Assembly: GCA_046498385.1 (NCBI GenBank)
Contig: JAWOAU010000059.1
Coordinates: forward strand, 76-64,075
Source: Thermoplasmata archaeon
Lineage (GTDB): Archaea > Thermoplasmatota > Thermoplasmata > Halarchaeoplasmatales > Halarchaeoplasmataceae
Length of the DNA stretch: 64,000 bases
Reading direction: 5' to 3'
The notes below the pieces were generated by a model, which saw only the letters and a list, made by a program, of their open reading frames with translations, was not told the DNA's origin and searched no databases. Below, in pieces: positions 59,058 to 64,000 of this stretch. Position 1 is the first letter of the stretch, and each line of letters starts with the position of its first letter. The position numbers were made by a program, and so were the translations under genes.

Positions 59058-59211
59058 TTTTCAACACCACTAAAATGACACGTTTCCCAAGATGTTCTTT
59101 TGGGCAATCTACCTTTGCACCAGTACCAAAAGGTGTCACTTTTCGTTCGATGAAGCCAGCTATTCCTTCAATCGTCAACTTTGTTGTCGGGTTCATCTTT
59201 ACCTTCTTCAT
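58981..59211 (-). CDS. Small IS-internal ORF with AbrB/SpoVT-like swapped-hairpin motif
   Basis: RKVTPFGTGAKVDCPKEHLGKRVILVV resembles the AbrB/MazE looped-hinge-helix. 77-nt overlap with the transposase ORF, typical of IS gene organisation. Confidence 0.45.
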   Translation of the reverse strand: MKKVKMNPTTKLTIEGIAGFIERKVTPFGTGAKVDCPKEHLGKRVILVVLKNEKDGGKNQRKQEAKERERAAQEGN

Positions 59212-59288
59212 GATATATATGATATATATATGAAGTATTTAAACCTATCGGCCACACATTGTAGACTTGTATCAAACTTCAGAAAACT

Positions 59289-59296
59289 GAACTCTT
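59289..59296. repeat. Target-site duplication GTCTACCT (right copy)
   Basis: Same as the left copy. Lies 25 bp downstream of the gyrA stop. Confidence 0.8.
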
Positions 59297-59320
59297 ACGT
59301 CTACCTCGCTGCGAGCCGGA

Positions 59321-61816
59321 TTATACTTCTGCCGTCTTTTCCTCGGCCTCTTCCACGATCTCTTCTTCCTCTTCTTCGCTGATGACCTTGGACATGGCTA
59401 TAAGCTCATCACCGGTCTTCAACTTCATCACCCTGACACCCATTGTATTTCTGCTCTGAAGGCTTATCTCCCCTGCTCGGGTGCGTATGACCATGCCGTG
59501 CTTGCTCATGAGCATTATCTCTTCATCCTCTTCCACAACTCGGGCACATACCACGTTCCCGTTTCTTTTGTTAGTCTTTATGGTGATAACACCCTTGGCA
59601 CCTCGGTGTGTTTTTCTATACCTGCTCACCTCCGTTCTCTTGCCGTAACCATTCTCAGTTAGGTTCAAAAGCACGTCGTCATCATTAACCAGCGTCATGC
59701 TCACTACCTTGTTATCTCCTTCTACATCGGCACCTTTCACGCCCATGGTGTATCGGCCAGTAGCCCTTACTTCACCCTCGTCGAACCGAACAGCTTTACC
59801 GTTTTTGGTGGCCAATAACACTTCTCTACTGCCGTCAGACATCTTAGTGTCAACCAGTTCATCGTCATCCTGCAGTCGTATAGCCCATATCCCTGTTACA
59901 CGGGGTCTACTGTATGCGGAAAGCACGGTCTTCTTGATCTTTCCCTTCTTTGTGGCGAACAGCAAATAATTGTCCTCTGTGAACTCGCTAACCGGTATCA
60001 GGTCCTCTATCTTTTCGTCGGGTTCCAGCCTGGGAAGCATGTTTACTATGGGCCGACCTCTGGACCTGCGCCCGCCCTTGGGTAGTTTATATGCCTTCAA
60101 CCAGTACACTTTGCCCTTGTTAGAGAAGAACAGCAGATAATTATGTGAGTTGGTTACGAACAGGTCGACCACATGGTCCTCATCCTTGGTATCCATACCG
60201 ATAAGTCCTACCCCTCCGCGGCGCTGCTGTCTATAGGTATCAAGCGTTAGCCTCTTTATGTATCCTTTCTGAGTCAGGGTCACCACATAGTCCTCAATCG
60301 GTATCAAGTCCTCGTTTTCCATCTCCACTGCGTCCTTATCTATCTCCGTTCGCCTTTCGTCTCCGTATTTGTCAGCCAACTCTCTAAGTTCGTCTTTGAT
60401 TATCCCTAAAACTCGTTCCTCGCTGCGCAGAATATCCCTGTAATCCTTTATCTTCTCCTGCAGCTCTTCGTACTCGTCCTGCAGTTTTTCCCTTTCTAAA
60501 CCGGTCAATCTGCGCAACCGCATATCAAGTATGGATTGGGCCTGTTTATCGCTTAGTAAGAACCGGGTCGTCAGTCGTTCTTTAGCTTCGTTCTGATCCT
60601 GGGAACTTCGTATTATACGGATCACTTCATCGAGGTTGTCCAAAGCGGTGAGAAGCCCTTCTACGACATGGGCCCTTTCTTCCGCCTTTTTTAGATCGTA
60701 TTTAGTCCTTCTCTCCACCACGTCGACCCGGTGGTCGATATAATACTGCAGTGTATCCTTCAGGGACAGTATCTCCGGTTCGTTGTTTACCAGGGACAGG
60801 TTGAGTACACCGAAGGTAACTTCCATCTGGGAGTGTTTGTATAACTTGTTCAAAACCACCTCGGGGATAGAATCTCTCTTTAGCTCCAGTACCACTCTTA
60901 TCCCTTCTCTGTCTGATTCGTCTCTCAGGTCCGATATTTCTGGTATAACTTCGTTCTTAACCAGTCTGGCAAAGCTCTCTATAAGGTTGGATTTGTTGAC
61001 CTGATATGGTATTTCATCGATGATTATTCGTGCCTTCTGGCCCTTCTTTGCTTCTTCGATCCTGGCTTTGGCCCGTAACTTGATCTTCCCCCGGCCGGTT
61101 TTATAGGCCTGATATACTCCTTCGTAACCATATATGATGCCACCTGTAGGAAAATCAGGTGCGGGAAGGTATTCCATAAGATCTAAAAGTTCTATCCCAG
61201 GTTCATCTATTATCTCGATTATAGCGTTAACCAGCTCGTTTAAGTTGTGGGGTGGTATGTTTGTAGACATCCCAACCGCTATACCTGAAGAACCGTTGAG
61301 AAGCAAGTTGGGCAGTTTGGCCGGTAGAACCTTTGGTTCCACCAAAGAACCGTCGTAGTTATCTCTGAACTCAACCGTTTCCTTTTCCAGATCCTGGAGC
61401 ATCTCTTCTGCGATTTTCTCCAGCTTTGTCTCCGTGTAACGCATGGCCGCTGCGGAATCTCCGTCGATGGAACCGAAGTTACCTTGTCCGTCGATAAGCG
61501 GATATCTTAAAGAGAACTCCTGTGCCATACGTACTAATGCGTCGTAGACCGCTTGGTCGCCGTGGGGATGATACTTACCCAGTACGTCACCCACCACCCT
61601 AGCGGACTTCTTATGTGGTTTTTTGGATGATAACCCCTCCTGATACATGGAATAAAGTATGCGGCGGTGCACGGGCTTTAACCCGTCTCTAACGTCCGGT
61701 AGTGCCCTACCTACGATAACGCTCATTGCATAATTTATGTAGGAATCCTTCATCTCTTCCTCAATATTCTTTTCTAGTACTTTTTCTGCAAAATCAACTT
61801 CTTTAACTTCAGACAT
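59321..61816 (-). CDS. gyrA: DNA gyrase subunit A
   Basis: Active-site Tyr region (AAMRYTE), the GyrA-box-like motif QGNFGS context and C-terminal beta-pinwheel repeats, 831 aa. Acidic C-terminal tail. Confidence 0.9.
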   Translation of the reverse strand: MSEVKEVDFAEKVLEKNIEEEMKDSYINYAMSVIVGRALPDVRDGLKPVHRRILYSMYQEGLSSKKPHKKSARVVGDVLGKYHPHGDQAVYDALVRMAQEFSLRYPLIDGQGNFGSIDGDSAAAMRYTETKLEKIAEEMLQDLEKETVEFRDNYDGSLVEPKVLPAKLPNLLLNGSSGIAVGMSTNIPPHNLNELVNAIIEIIDEPGIELLDLMEYLPAPDFPTGGIIYGYEGVYQAYKTGRGKIKLRAKARIEEAKKGQKARIIIDEIPYQVNKSNLIESFARLVKNEVIPEISDLRDESDREGIRVVLELKRDSIPEVVLNKLYKHSQMEVTFGVLNLSLVNNEPEILSLKDTLQYYIDHRVDVVERRTKYDLKKAEERAHVVEGLLTALDNLDEVIRIIRSSQDQNEAKERLTTRFLLSDKQAQSILDMRLRRLTGLEREKLQDEYEELQEKIKDYRDILRSEERVLGIIKDELRELADKYGDERRTEIDKDAVEMENEDLIPIEDYVVTLTQKGYIKRLTLDTYRQQRRGGVGLIGMDTKDEDHVVDLFVTNSHNYLLFFSNKGKVYWLKAYKLPKGGRRSRGRPIVNMLPRLEPDEKIEDLIPVSEFTEDNYLLFATKKGKIKKTVLSAYSRPRVTGIWAIRLQDDDELVDTKMSDGSREVLLATKNGKAVRFDEGEVRATGRYTMGVKGADVEGDNKVVSMTLVNDDDVLLNLTENGYGKRTEVSRYRKTHRGAKGVITIKTNKRNGNVVCARVVEEDEEIMLMSKHGMVIRTRAGEISLQSRNTMGVRVMKLKTGDELIAMSKVISEEEEEEIVEEAEEKTAEV

Positions 61817-61825
61817 TTCATGACC

Positions 61826-63751
<1,926 letters not shown>

Positions 63752-64000
63752 TTAACCACCGTAATTTGATAAGTCGGTTCATAGCATCCAATGGTGCATC
63801 CCGACGGCGGTATTTAACCACGTCTTACACATGAAGCCACAAGGGTGAAGGGTATATTAATCTTTCCTAAGTGTACTGGGTATAAAAAGAAAAAAGTATT
63901 AGCTCATTTATTATCCGACCACTTTAGCAGCACACTTTTTGCCCTCCGGTCTAGCTTTTCTTGAAATATATGGTCGAGTATCAAACCAACGGCGATCAGG

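Larger units (their letters stand above)
57673..59288 (-). mobile_element. Compact IS66-family insertion sequence (1616 bp) with imperfect terminal inverted repeats of about 26 bp beginning GTAAGAGTTCAG
   Basis: Left inverted repeat GTAAGAGTTCAGCCGTGTGAAGTTTGG at 57673-57699. Right inverted repeat (reverse complement) GTAAGAGTTCAGTTTTCTGAAGTTTGA ending at 59288. GTAAG termini are typical of IS66. Flanked by 8-bp direct repeats. Encodes an IS66 TnpC-type transposase and a small upstream ORF. Confidence 0.85.

Overview
This is an archaeal chromosomal window of about 45% GC. Archaeal-type PheT, LeuRS, cofactor-independent phosphoglycerate mutase, GlmU-like and GlmS genes, a gyrB-gyrA pair, glutamine synthetase, GyaR, a flavodiiron protein, ScpB and a tRNA-Gly(GCC) without encoded CCA all point to archaea. 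Exported proteins are very acidic, while cytoplasmic enzymes are ordinary. One substrate-binding protein ends in a PGF-CTERM (archaeosortase) signal. Together these suggest a euryarchaeote, perhaps a marine protein-degrading lineage, but lineage cannot be fixed from sequence alone.

Layout of the window:
1. Positions 1-6880 are a decayed accessory stretch: a truncated Dam methylase fragment sits head-to-head with an N-terminally truncated S8 subtilisin-like multidomain peptidase, followed by about 2 kb of glycosyltransferase pseudogene debris.
2. A secreted M14 carboxypeptidase shares a distinctive C-terminal domain of about 170 aa, and several internal domains, with the S8 protein.
3. Housekeeping genes follow (gyaR, fprA, glnA, pheT, scpB, a SpoU methylase). 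Two paralogous STAND-type ATPase regulators occur in the window, one adjacent to a REC-PAS-GAF response regulator.
4. An Opp-type peptide ABC operon has a PGF-CTERM-anchored substrate-binding protein carrying three CARDB-like repeats, and an OppC permease with an extracytoplasmic repeat insert of about 780 aa.
5. A 1027-aa surface protein built of carboxypeptidase-regulatory-like repeats has a cytoplasmic tail of seven (E)n-LF units encoded by a tandem DNA repeat.
6. An SRP (7S) RNA is recognisable in the sequence (the ORF track places two spurious ORFs over it), and its TATA box lies inside the 3' end of a methyltransferase gene.
7. A compact IS66-family insertion of 1616 bp has imperfect inverted repeats of about 26 bp and a perfect 8-bp target duplication, GTCTACCT.
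8. gyrA and gyrB close the window.

No CRISPR array was seen. Coordinates I derived by counting may be off by about 1 nt in places.
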